Assembly (NCBI GenBank): GCA_049903315.1
Contig: JBNGBT010000010.1
Location: 25,071 to 89,070, forward strand
Length of the DNA: 64,000 nucleotides
DNA from: Candidatus Cloacimonadota bacterium
GTDB taxonomy: Bacteria > Cloacimonadota > Cloacimonadia > JGIOTU-2
Direction: 5' to 3'
In this document: in pieces, positions 49,840 to 58,770 of the stretch
Layout of the letters: each line of letters opens with the position of its first letter
Numbering within the stretch: position 1 is the first letter of the stretch
Translations under genes and position numbers: made by a program
The notes under the pieces: model-generated
What the model saw: only the letters and a program-made list of their open reading frames with translations
What the model was told of the DNA's origin: nothing
The model's database searches: none

Positions 49840-51210
49840 CTATTTCGCAACAATAAGTTTTGAGAATTTTTGATACTGATCGGTTTGGACTTTCAGGAAA
49901 TAAATTCCATTCGAAAGGTTTTTTGCGGGAATAATGATCGAGTGCTTTCCCGGATCAGCAATATTCTCTTTATGAGATTTTATTAATTGTCCCTTACAAT
50001 TATACACTGAAACATCCACCTTATTCATGTTTGCTCGTGTGAAATTAATTGAGATATTATCACATACGGGATTGGGAGAAAGTGTAAATGAGAACGGTTC
50101 TTCTTGAAAAACTTCATCGGTAGCGTAGGGCACAAGACTATCCAGATAAGCTCTATGCGCATCGGAAAATGAACAGGATGAATACACATCCCAGTTGATC
50201 GACCAGGTCATCAAACCACGGAAATTAGGATATCCCGCCGGATTCGTAAGCTGGTACAACCCTCCAAATGACTCACCGAGTACAATATAATTCAATGCTT
50301 CATGCACGACATCTGCAGAAGTATAGCCGCTGCTTGCAGCATCCGGGCACGCAGGCAAACCTATTGCGACCTGATCCTGTTCGAGTGGATCAAAAGGGAT
50401 GTGCTGTCCGTAGAAGTCAACAATGAAGCCACCCAGCAGCATATCAGCCATTGCCACATGGAAATCTGCAGTTGGCGGATAGTAGATATTTCCATCTGAT
50501 CCGTACATTGAACCAGTATTATAGTGCTGTACATATATCATGGAAAGTTCGTTACGCACTGCATGCAGAAGCGGAAGATACCCACCATACACGCCGGCAT
50601 ACGTAAAATATGCACCCTGAACATAAGCAGTCTCAGGCGCCATGGTGAGAATGAAATCATTGGGATAGAGGTTGAGGAGTCCCTGCACCGCTTCGATAAG
50701 AAATACGATATTCGGTGTGGTCGGATAGCGGTAATCATTATCTCCTGCATCAAGGAAAAGCGAACCGCCTTCAAGATCAATGTCCATGCCATCAAATCCG
50801 TAAGAGTCTATTATCAGGGACATGGAAGTGATGAATTCCTGCACGTCTGTGCTGTTGTCAAAATGGATTGGGGCAGTTGCACCGCCAATCGAGATCAGCA
50901 CTGCTTTTCCAAGAGATTGAAGATAGAGCACATCATCGATAAAATCCTGAGGATCGGGATACATGCCCGGATCAGGAATGAACTGCATGTTTGTTCCAAG
51001 CGGAACGTCCGGTATGGCGAAAGCTACATCAATCACATTGTATGCCAGCGGAATTTCGTCGAGGAGAAGGGGGGTTGGATTGGGATATTGCCAGTTATGC
51101 CAGTAACCGATAAGCGCTTTATTGGGGATTTCGACTGCGCACACTGAAGATAAAGATGTTATCAACATGAATAATAAGAAAAAAGTAATCTTTAGAATAT
51201 TATTCTTCAT
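49840..51210 (-). CDS. Glycoside hydrolase family 18 (chitinase-like) with T9SS C-terminal sorting domain
   Basis: 456 aa with a signal peptide. GH18 catalytic motif DGMDIDLEG (DGxDxDxE). The C-terminal ~80 aa is Por_Secre_tail-like (GIYFLKVQTDQYQKFSKLIVAK). Confidence 0.7.
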   Translation of the reverse strand: MKNNILKITFFLLFMLITSLSSVCAVEIPNKALIGYWHNWQYPNPTPLLLDEIPLAYNVIDVAFAIPDVPLGTNMQFIPDPGMYPDPQDFIDDVLYLQSLGKAVLISIGGATAPIHFDNSTDVQEFITSMSLIIDSYGFDGMDIDLEGGSLFLDAGDNDYRYPTTPNIVFLIEAVQGLLNLYPNDFILTMAPETAYVQGAYFTYAGVYGGYLPLLHAVRNELSMIYVQHYNTGSMYGSDGNIYYPPTADFHVAMADMLLGGFIVDFYGQHIPFDPLEQDQVAIGLPACPDAASSGYTSADVVHEALNYIVLGESFGGLYQLTNPAGYPNFRGLMTWSINWDVYSSCSFSDAHRAYLDSLVPYATDEVFQEEPFSFTLSPNPVCDNISINFTRANMNKVDVSVYNCKGQLIKSHKENIADPGKHSIIIPAKNLSNGIYFLKVQTDQYQKFSKLIVAK

Positions 51211-51362
51211 GATATTCTCCGGATATTATTTCCTCCAGAGTACTCATACACTGAAGACATTTTAGTCAAGTAATTCCCGAATTTGATCAGTTGTCAGGGA
51301 ATGGTCCCTGACAACTCATTATATTAATAAAAAAGCTGAGAAATCTAAATCAATAAATCTAT

Positions 51363-51640
51363 TTACTTCATCAAAATCATCTTCTTAAGAAATGATTTCT
51401 TGCCGGTTTCGAGTTTATAGAAATAGATGCCGTTCGCCAGTCTCTTTCCGTTTGCAGTGCCGTCCCATTCGACACAATGAGATGCAGAAGGATCGAGTTC
51501 CTCTTCGAGGAGTGTAGCAACTAACTGTCCTTTGAGATTATAAATAGACAAGGTCACGTAAGATGGCTCTTTTAAGCTGAATTCGAAGGTTGTGATATTG
51601 AGGAAAGGGTTAGGGAAGTTGGGGTAGAGGGAGGTTTCTT
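51363..51640. repeat. DNA repeat copy A, ~270 bp encoding the conserved T9SS C-terminal domain of the paralog family
   Basis: About 85-90 percent nt identity by eye to 52880-53150 and 58503-58770. Confidence 0.7.
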
Positions 51641-52835
51641 CAAATGGTGTATGGTTAGCGGAGACATAATCAGATAACACAACATTCACTACCGTTGTAT
51701 CAAACTCAGTAACTTCAACGTTATACACCCATTCCGCAGCATACCCATCGAGATAGAATTCCATGTCATACATTCCCTTATAAACGGGATTATACAGATA
51801 GTAACCGTTCTCATCAGTCCAAACAGGATTATATCTTGCTTCATCAGCAGTTACCCTCACCATCTCAAGAGGTGTCCCATCTGAGTCTGTAACCATTCCT
51901 TCGATTGCCCCATAGTAAGCTAACCAGGATATGGGTTGAAGAACACTATAAATGTACCAATGGTTGAAATTATATGTGCTACCCCCATGTGAACGAAATT
52001 TGAGTTGAATAGTTTGTCCTGCATATTGATGCATATTTTCATAAGTCCAATCCGATCCACCGGATACACCCCAGTCATCATTATAGTCGAGATCCCATTC
52101 GAAGATCATATCTTCACCAGTATCGTGGATCACCCAGATCTCCATTACTTCACCTGTATCAGTACCATAATCATCGATATACATATTCACAACAAGGTCC
52201 CATATCCATTGCGGATTATTAGGAAGATTAAATCGTGGAGATATTAATGACATATCATAATCTACAACCGTGGGACTCCAATTAAGATATGCATAATCCG
52301 GTGACCACATCCAGTTACCATCAGACGGGATTTCTCTCCATCCTGTAGTAGCCCAATCGGAATAAAAAGTCTCATAGAAACCTAATGATGAAATGTAGGG
52401 TATTGCAGTATCAGTGTTTGAAGGACAGGATTCGCCCTCTTGATAAACTGCGGTGACCCAGTAAGTATATTCTGCACCAACAGCAACAATATCGTCCGTA
52501 AATTCAGTATTGTCTGGACCTTCGATATAGGAAACAAATCCTTTGTCCTGCTCATAGATATTGTAACCAAGATGATTTAAATTGTTGTCAATAGAGGATT
52601 GTATTACAATATGATTTCTGTTAATGACGGAAAGGTTAGTTTCTTGTTCAATTTTTTGTACTGTATCAGGTAAATCCCATTCGAGGTTTATGCATTCACT
52701 TCCGCCAACTGCTGAAAAGTTTTGAGGGGGAGGTAGATAAAGTGTATCTTTTTGATCATCAGCGGAAAGCTGACTGTGACCGAAGCCATAGCTCAATGTG
52801 AGGATTACTATGAATCCTATAACCATCTTCTTCAT
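51363..52835 (-). CDS. Secreted T9SS cargo protein, paralog family member 1
   Basis: 490 aa with a signal peptide. Shares an internal module with 52880-58477 (TEYTYWVTAVY..., DYDMSLISP, DTGEVMEIWVIHDTGEDMIFEWDLD, QYAGQTIQLKFRSHGGSTYN). Conserved C-terminal sorting domain ...NGIYFYKLETGKKSFLKKMILMK. Confidence 0.6.
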   Translation of the reverse strand: MKKMVIGFIVILTLSYGFGHSQLSADDQKDTLYLPPPQNFSAVGGSECINLEWDLPDTVQKIEQETNLSVINRNHIVIQSSIDNNLNHLGYNIYEQDKGFVSYIEGPDNTEFTDDIVAVGAEYTYWVTAVYQEGESCPSNTDTAIPYISSLGFYETFYSDWATTGWREIPSDGNWMWSPDYAYLNWSPTVVDYDMSLISPRFNLPNNPQWIWDLVVNMYIDDYGTDTGEVMEIWVIHDTGEDMIFEWDLDYNDDWGVSGGSDWTYENMHQYAGQTIQLKFRSHGGSTYNFNHWYIYSVLQPISWLAYYGAIEGMVTDSDGTPLEMVRVTADEARYNPVWTDENGYYLYNPVYKGMYDMEFYLDGYAAEWVYNVEVTEFDTTVVNVVLSDYVSANHTPFEETSLYPNFPNPFLNITTFEFSLKEPSYVTLSIYNLKGQLVATLLEEELDPSASHCVEWDGTANGKRLANGIYFYKLETGKKSFLKKMILMK

Positions 52836-52879
52836 AATAAAATCCTATATTTTTTCCATTTTATAAAAACTCGACTTTT

Positions 52880-53150
52880 CTACCTCATCAAAACCATTTT
52901 CTTGAGAAATGATTTAGTGCCTGTTTCGAGTTTATAGAAATAGATGCCGTTCGCTAGTCTCTTTCCGTTTGCAGTGCCGTCCCACTCGACACAATGCGAT
53001 GCGGAAGGTTCGAGCTCTTCATCGAGGAGCGTGGCAACTAATTGTCCTTTGAGATTATAAATAGAAAGCGTTACCCGAGAAGGTTCTTTTACGCTGAATT
53101 CGAAGGTGGTGTTATTGAAAACAGGATTGGGGAAGTTGTTATATAGAAGA
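52880..53150. repeat. DNA repeat copy B (T9SS C-terminal domain coding)
   Basis: Aligns to copy A: ctacctcatcaaaaccattttcttgagaaatgatttagtgcctgtttcgagtttatagaaatagatgccgttcgc... Confidence 0.7.
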
Positions 53151-56100
53151 GTACTTTCAACACACGATTGATTGGTTGAGAACGAGTCGGTTACTACAAG
53201 ACAATAGGGAATTGATACAGTGGGCACGCTTTGTTGTGCGCTGAAAATTATTTCACCGGAGAAAACAGTTCCTGGTGGATCATCATAGGTATAAAAATAT
53301 ACTATAACATCCACAAAATTGCCATAGGGAGGGACAATTCCGTTCTCAGGACCAACTACAACATGTGGATAGATTTGATATGGACCCAGTTCATAACCGA
53401 ACAGTAAGTCAGGTGAACCTTGGGTAAGACCACCAAGTACCCATGTTCCCGGCACAATCTCACCAGAGGTAAATAGACCACCTGCAATATATGAAGCTAC
53501 ACCAAAATCATTATCAACACTATGTGTTACACCTGTTAACGTTAAGGTGTTCAGATCATACTGCTCTATCTGACAGCCAGCACCGGTTGTTATACCTGTG
53601 AATATCCAAAGGAATGGCCCATCAATTGAAACATTATCATAGGCACAGCCATACATACTTGGTGGTGACGAGATTGTGTTCAGAACAGAACCCGCCCTGT
53701 CAATGAGTTTAAGGTCGGCATCCCAGTTATTTACCCAAAAAGCGTCATGTATTTCATCATACGCAATTGCACGGACAGCGACAGGTGACGTAATCGTTCC
53801 GTAGAGATTACCATCTTCATCGAACTGGTAGATGGTCGTTCCAGCATTAGAGCCATAGAAGTATTCTCCGTCGAATGCCATATCTCGTATACCACCTGTT
53901 CCTGTAATCCACGTAGGTTCCCAGCTTCCGGCATAGGTGCCATCATAATTCAATTTATAAACATTTCTCGTTGAGTAACCCCATTCTGAAACGAGGAAAT
54001 ATCCATTCCCGAATTCTGCGCCGGCAATTCCATAACCTCCGGTTGGGGTGTCAACATCATAATTGAACATGATATCCCATATCTCGTCCGAAGAAGGTGG
54101 TGTATGTATCACGGCATCAGGGTCGGATTCTGAATATATACTGAATGAATTATTTCTTATTTTAGATTTATCCGGTTCGTATCGATGGGCGGTTTTATCC
54201 CATAAACTGATATACCAATCCAGATCGATTGTGCCGTTGTTGGTAATGGTTAGCGTTCTTGTTGTCGAACTATAGGGAGGCAATTCTACGTACAGAGAGT
54301 CAGGAGTAATTTCCATTGTGGGATTGCCAAGTACGGCATCAAGTAAAGTCGTGTCCCCTTCATCAATTTCGACATCGTAATACCACTGTATAGTATAGTC
54401 CTCATGATAAACTGGAATATCATATATGCCTACTTCAACAGGACCACTAAAATAATAACCATCTTCATTAGTATATACTATACCGCCACCTATTGCAACT
54501 TGAGCATTCTGTATGGGATTGCCATCGTAATCAGTAACCGTACCTTCGAGTGCACCGTAAGGAGCAATATATCCCATGTACGCGAGAAGTACTTCATAAA
54601 TATACCAATAGTTAATATTGTAGGTACTTCCACCATGTGATCGAAACTTAAGTTGAACTGTTTGTCCAGCATATTGAAACATGTCTTCATAAATCCAATC
54701 TGTTCCACCGGATGTACCCCAGTCATCATTTTCGTCGAGATCCCATTCAAAGATCAAATCTTCATCAGTGTCATGAATCACCCAGATTTCCATAACCTCA
54801 CCTGTGTCTGCAGAATAGTCATCGATATACATACTTACGGTAAGGTCAAAAATATCTAACGGATCGTTTGGGAGGGGGATCATGGGTGATATCAAAGACA
54901 TATCATAGTCCAGAACTGCTGGACTCCAGTAAAGATATGCACATCCGGAATACCATGACCAGTTGTTAGGATAACCTTGAGTTGTCCATCCTGTTGTTGC
55001 CCAATTAGACCCGAAAGTTTCATGGTATCCTATCCCATATGGCGGAAGAGGTGTTGCAGTAGCAGTATTTGAAGGAACTGATTCACCAAGGTCATACATC
55101 GCAGTTACCCAGTATGTGTACTCCGTACCAATAGCAACAAATTCATCTATACCATTCGTGTTGTTTTCACCTTCTATGTAAGCTATAAAACCTTTATTTA
55201 ACTCATATAGATTGTATCCGTGAAGTGTTATATCTTTTGGAAGCTTAAAGCTGAGTTCCTTATCTTCGTTGAATGTGTAATGAGAGACTTCTCTATTGCC
55301 CGTGTCGATAGAATGTCCGCTTTGAGCAAATATACTTTCAGATAATATTTGTCCCTTTTCGAAAGCAGAATTATCAACCGAACGGAATTTCACTTCAGGT
55401 TCTTTTCCAAGCCGGTATGTGTCGTAGGCAAGTTCGATGTTTCTTCCGCGAACCATAGCCGTGGCACGGATAGCGAATACCCCGGGATCACTTGCAGCAG
55501 CAACATGAAGAAGCTGCCATGTTCCACCACTCAAGTACCAATCGTAACCTGAGTTTGCATTTGGACCGTTCTCGTCAAAGCCAACATAATTGGTCTCAGT
55601 CGGAAGATCATCCCAGTGTATCATTGCATAAAATTCACCTAAGAAGGGAATGTGCGGAGCAGGCACTGTTATCCAGCCATTAGAAGGAATTACGAATGGA
55701 TCAGTAGTTCCAACTAAGTTGCGGTCAGAGTCATACACATCTATCGTGACAGACTCGCCACCGGTTCCTGCATTTGCATCTCCGTATACTTCGAAGCTGA
55801 CGATTTCACCACCATCAGTAGTCGGGAACAGGTTACCAAGCCATGCTTCATAACCAGGATTGATTGCCCAACCATTTTCATAGGTGCCGTCATCAAGAAC
55901 ATAATCAACCTGGGTTCCACCGCCGCCACCACCGGTCTGCGGCTTATCCCAATCCAGATATATGCAGCCGTTTCCCCCAGTTGCAGTTAAGTTTTCCGGT
56001 GGGGGACCATTAAATAACAATTCAACATCTATAATTAAAGCCCAATTTTCATCAAGCATCACATCATATACCCAGTAGGGATTGAACCACTCTTTATAAA

Positions 56101-58477
56101 AAAGTATATCGTAAGTTCCGGCTACGATAGAATCAAACGAATAATATCCATACATATCAGTATATGTTATAAAGTTACCGACTTTTACCATTACATTTTC
56201 AAGGGGGTCATTATTATACGTTACGTTTCCCAAGAGCCCCATAGCTTCGTTATTGATGTTAAGTGTTAAAGGAATCGTTATATCTGATGCACCATAAAGA
56301 AGTGCGTTGTTGTGTACAATAAGATCCGCGTTATACGTGCCGGGAGTGAGTTGAGGGTCTCCATAACAGGTTACGGTTACCGTATGTGTTAGCCCGGGAG
56401 TGATAGAACCGCTATCAGGATGAGTACTTAGAATAATCAGACTATCCGCATTTTGGATATCTATATCCCATTCCAGGTTTGATGCCTGCGGATCGGTAGC
56501 AGTGTTGGAGATGTAAAGTTCAATTTGTGCTGTATCACCACTTTGATATATGATACCAAACTGGAGAGAATTCGGATCAACATCGATCTCCGGGGAAGGA
56601 ATATGATCAAAGATAACAGTATAATAAGTGGTATTTTCACCTCTTATTTGAGTCTTTCTGGATACATTATCTTCGAGTATTTCATCCCATTTTCCGAGTA
56701 TCCAGTAATAGGTGCCGTCCTCGAGAATGCGGTATTGCAAATATTCGCTACCACCTTCTGCAAAAGCATCTGCAAAGGCGAGTTCTGTTGAATCTGCGTC
56801 AACGAGTTTGATCGCACCATCGAACTCGGTCTCATCCGAAGGCAGCTCGAATGAACAGGACATAATATCACCCTCAAGGCAGTCGATTTGATAGATGTCG
56901 ATGTCTTTGTCTTTATAATAGGGATCGTAGTATATCTGTACTTCATCAGACGAGAAAGAGTAGTTGGCAGGAGTTGCATCGACCATGTAGTCGTTCGGCT
57001 CGTAGGGATCGCGCGGATGGCAGGTTGCTAAAGAGAGTACTTGCTTTTTTAGGGTACTATCTTCACGGGAGGTTATTATAACGGGAGTAAGTTGTGCATG
57101 ATCGAGTTCTGTATATGCTGGTAAAAAAACATGAAGCGTGAAGTTCCCTGTTTCACCGGGATCAAGCAATATGAAGTATTCACTTAATGTTATTGGCCAG
57201 TTGTTTCCAGGAGATGGAGATGGAGCATTATATTCACTAATTTCAACATCATCTATATACAATCCGGCACGATTAACAACTGTTGTGGCGTAAAGTGTAA
57301 AATTGATCTCGACATCTGATAATCCATCGTAAGCTGCAAGGTCGAGTTCTACATATTCCCATGCTGTACCGGGATATGAGTCGATCGTTAAAAATATATC
57401 TCCATTGACGGAAACATCGCAATAGTCCCATGATCCAAAGATGTCAGACCAATACCAGAATGACATATATGCGTCATCGACATCCTCAAAATCTACAGTC
57501 TTACTCACATAGCTATAATCACCGGAATTAGTATAGTCACCATTGGGTACGGTAGCCCAGAGCCCCGTACCGGAATGTGCTGCTGGAGGAGGAATATTTG
57601 CACCGGTGTAATTATTGACATTATATTCATTTGTCCATGCCCAATCACCGACCGGATCCCAATCTGACGACGCTACCCAACCTCCATCATCGATTTCGAA
57701 ATCATAAAAACCTACAGGTTCTACTTGATTATGATGATGAATATGATTATAATCAATAGTGAGAAAGTATCTGTCTAATTGTACCCCATGATTTGTAATC
57801 TCATACTGAAAATTGAGATAATTATCTGGACCGATATGATCAGAGATGAAGGAAGGTTCAACTGTGAAATTGAGAGGGAGATAAGGAGCAGGCATGATGA
57901 TGTTATCAAGTCCAACACCCCGGGATTCATTGTTCACCTCGCTGTGATGACGCCATCGTATTTTTGCATCATTACCAATATAAGTATCCGGAATGGGGAA
58001 AGACACTTCTTCATAGTCTGTCATGGGTGCGGTTGCAGAGAGTGTGCCGATACATTCCCAATCCGGTATCGGATCAAGATAGGTATTGGAAATCTCTATA
58101 AAGAGGGTATCGCCGGTGATAATATCGGTTCCTTTGGCTTCGTAAAGATTGTCATTTCTCCAGAAAAAACTGATAGAATCTGCACTCTCGATAATAAGAC
58201 GTGGTGAGATAAGGATCGCATCTGCATTGTGGTACCAGCTGCACCGTGCATATCCTTCGCCTTCATACGCTTCAGTTGTAAAACGGTTCCAATGATCTCC
58301 GGGATTTTCCCAGCCGAATGGCGGGAAAGTAGTATCTTCAAATCCTTCCAATATATATTCGCCATCTTCCGCAGGTGTAGTATTATCAGATGAAAAGAGC
58401 AGCGTGACATTTGATAGCATCAATATAATTAAAAAAATGTAAATGAAATAAAATATTTTTTTCATATTACTCCTCAA
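52880..58477 (-). CDS. Giant (1865 aa) secreted T9SS cargo protein, paralog family member 2
   Basis: Signal peptide and mosaic repeat modules shared with both neighbouring paralogs. Carboxypeptidase-regulatory-like segments. Conserved C-terminal sorting domain ...NGIYFYKLETGTKSFLKKMVLMR. Confidence 0.6.
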   Translation of the reverse strand: MRSNMKKIFYFIYIFLIILMLSNVTLLFSSDNTTPAEDGEYILEGFEDTTFPPFGWENPGDHWNRFTTEAYEGEGYARCSWYHNADAILISPRLIIESADSISFFWRNDNLYEAKGTDIITGDTLFIEISNTYLDPIPDWECIGTLSATAPMTDYEEVSFPIPDTYIGNDAKIRWRHHSEVNNESRGVGLDNIIMPAPYLPLNFTVEPSFISDHIGPDNYLNFQYEITNHGVQLDRYFLTIDYNHIHHHNQVEPVGFYDFEIDDGGWVASSDWDPVGDWAWTNEYNVNNYTGANIPPPAAHSGTGLWATVPNGDYTNSGDYSYVSKTVDFEDVDDAYMSFWYWSDIFGSWDYCDVSVNGDIFLTIDSYPGTAWEYVELDLAAYDGLSDVEINFTLYATTVVNRAGLYIDDVEISEYNAPSPSPGNNWPITLSEYFILLDPGETGNFTLHVFLPAYTELDHAQLTPVIITSREDSTLKKQVLSLATCHPRDPYEPNDYMVDATPANYSFSSDEVQIYYDPYYKDKDIDIYQIDCLEGDIMSCSFELPSDETEFDGAIKLVDADSTELAFADAFAEGGSEYLQYRILEDGTYYWILGKWDEILEDNVSRKTQIRGENTTYYTVIFDHIPSPEIDVDPNSLQFGIIYQSGDTAQIELYISNTATDPQASNLEWDIDIQNADSLIILSTHPDSGSITPGLTHTVTVTCYGDPQLTPGTYNADLIVHNNALLYGASDITIPLTLNINNEAMGLLGNVTYNNDPLENVMVKVGNFITYTDMYGYYSFDSIVAGTYDILFYKEWFNPYWVYDVMLDENWALIIDVELLFNGPPPENLTATGGNGCIYLDWDKPQTGGGGGGTQVDYVLDDGTYENGWAINPGYEAWLGNLFPTTDGGEIVSFEVYGDANAGTGGESVTIDVYDSDRNLVGTTDPFVIPSNGWITVPAPHIPFLGEFYAMIHWDDLPTETNYVGFDENGPNANSGYDWYLSGGTWQLLHVAAASDPGVFAIRATAMVRGRNIELAYDTYRLGKEPEVKFRSVDNSAFEKGQILSESIFAQSGHSIDTGNREVSHYTFNEDKELSFKLPKDITLHGYNLYELNKGFIAYIEGENNTNGIDEFVAIGTEYTYWVTAMYDLGESVPSNTATATPLPPYGIGYHETFGSNWATTGWTTQGYPNNWSWYSGCAYLYWSPAVLDYDMSLISPMIPLPNDPLDIFDLTVSMYIDDYSADTGEVMEIWVIHDTDEDLIFEWDLDENDDWGTSGGTDWIYEDMFQYAGQTVQLKFRSHGGSTYNINYWYIYEVLLAYMGYIAPYGALEGTVTDYDGNPIQNAQVAIGGGIVYTNEDGYYFSGPVEVGIYDIPVYHEDYTIQWYYDVEIDEGDTTLLDAVLGNPTMEITPDSLYVELPPYSSTTRTLTITNNGTIDLDWYISLWDKTAHRYEPDKSKIRNNSFSIYSESDPDAVIHTPPSSDEIWDIMFNYDVDTPTGGYGIAGAEFGNGYFLVSEWGYSTRNVYKLNYDGTYAGSWEPTWITGTGGIRDMAFDGEYFYGSNAGTTIYQFDEDGNLYGTITSPVAVRAIAYDEIHDAFWVNNWDADLKLIDRAGSVLNTISSPPSMYGCAYDNVSIDGPFLWIFTGITTGAGCQIEQYDLNTLTLTGVTHSVDNDFGVASYIAGGLFTSGEIVPGTWVLGGLTQGSPDLLFGYELGPYQIYPHVVVGPENGIVPPYGNFVDVIVYFYTYDDPPGTVFSGEIIFSAQQSVPTVSIPYCLVVTDSFSTNQSCVESTLLYNNFPNPVFNNTTFEFSVKEPSRVTLSIYNLKGQLVATLLDEELEPSASHCVEWDGTANGKRLANGIYFYKLETGTKSFLKKMVLMR

Positions 58478-58502
58478 TTAATTGCAATACATTTTGCGTA
58501 TT

Positions 58503-58770
58503 CTACTTCATCAAAACCATTTTCTTCAGCAATGATTTTTTATCCGTTTCGAGTTTATAGAAGTAGATGCCGTTCGCCAGTTTCTTTCCGTTTGCAGATC
58601 CGTCCCATTCGATGCGATGCGATGCTGTCTGTTCGAGCTCATCATCCAGAAGCGTGGCAACTAATTGTCCTTTGAGATTATATACTGATAATGTTACCCA
58701 AGATGACCCCTCTAAGCTAAACTCGAAGGTTGTGTTGTTGAGGATGGGATTGGGTAAGTTGGGATGGAGA
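58503..58770. repeat. DNA repeat copy C (T9SS C-terminal domain coding)
   Basis: Aligns to copies A and B: ctacttcatcaaaaccattttcttcagcaatgatttttt...gtttcgagtttatagaagtagatgccgttcgccag... Confidence 0.7.

Noticed and set aside
50524-51147. 207-aa + strand ORF inside the GH18 gene
   Set aside because: Antisense to a gene with a clear GH18 catalytic motif and T9SS tail. No RBS. Spurious.
51363-58770. Possibility that the three ~270-bp repeats form a CRISPR-like or IS-bounded element
   Set aside because: The repeats are the 3' coding ends of three paralogous genes, in frame and encoding the conserved sorting domain. There are no short regular spacers and no transposase.
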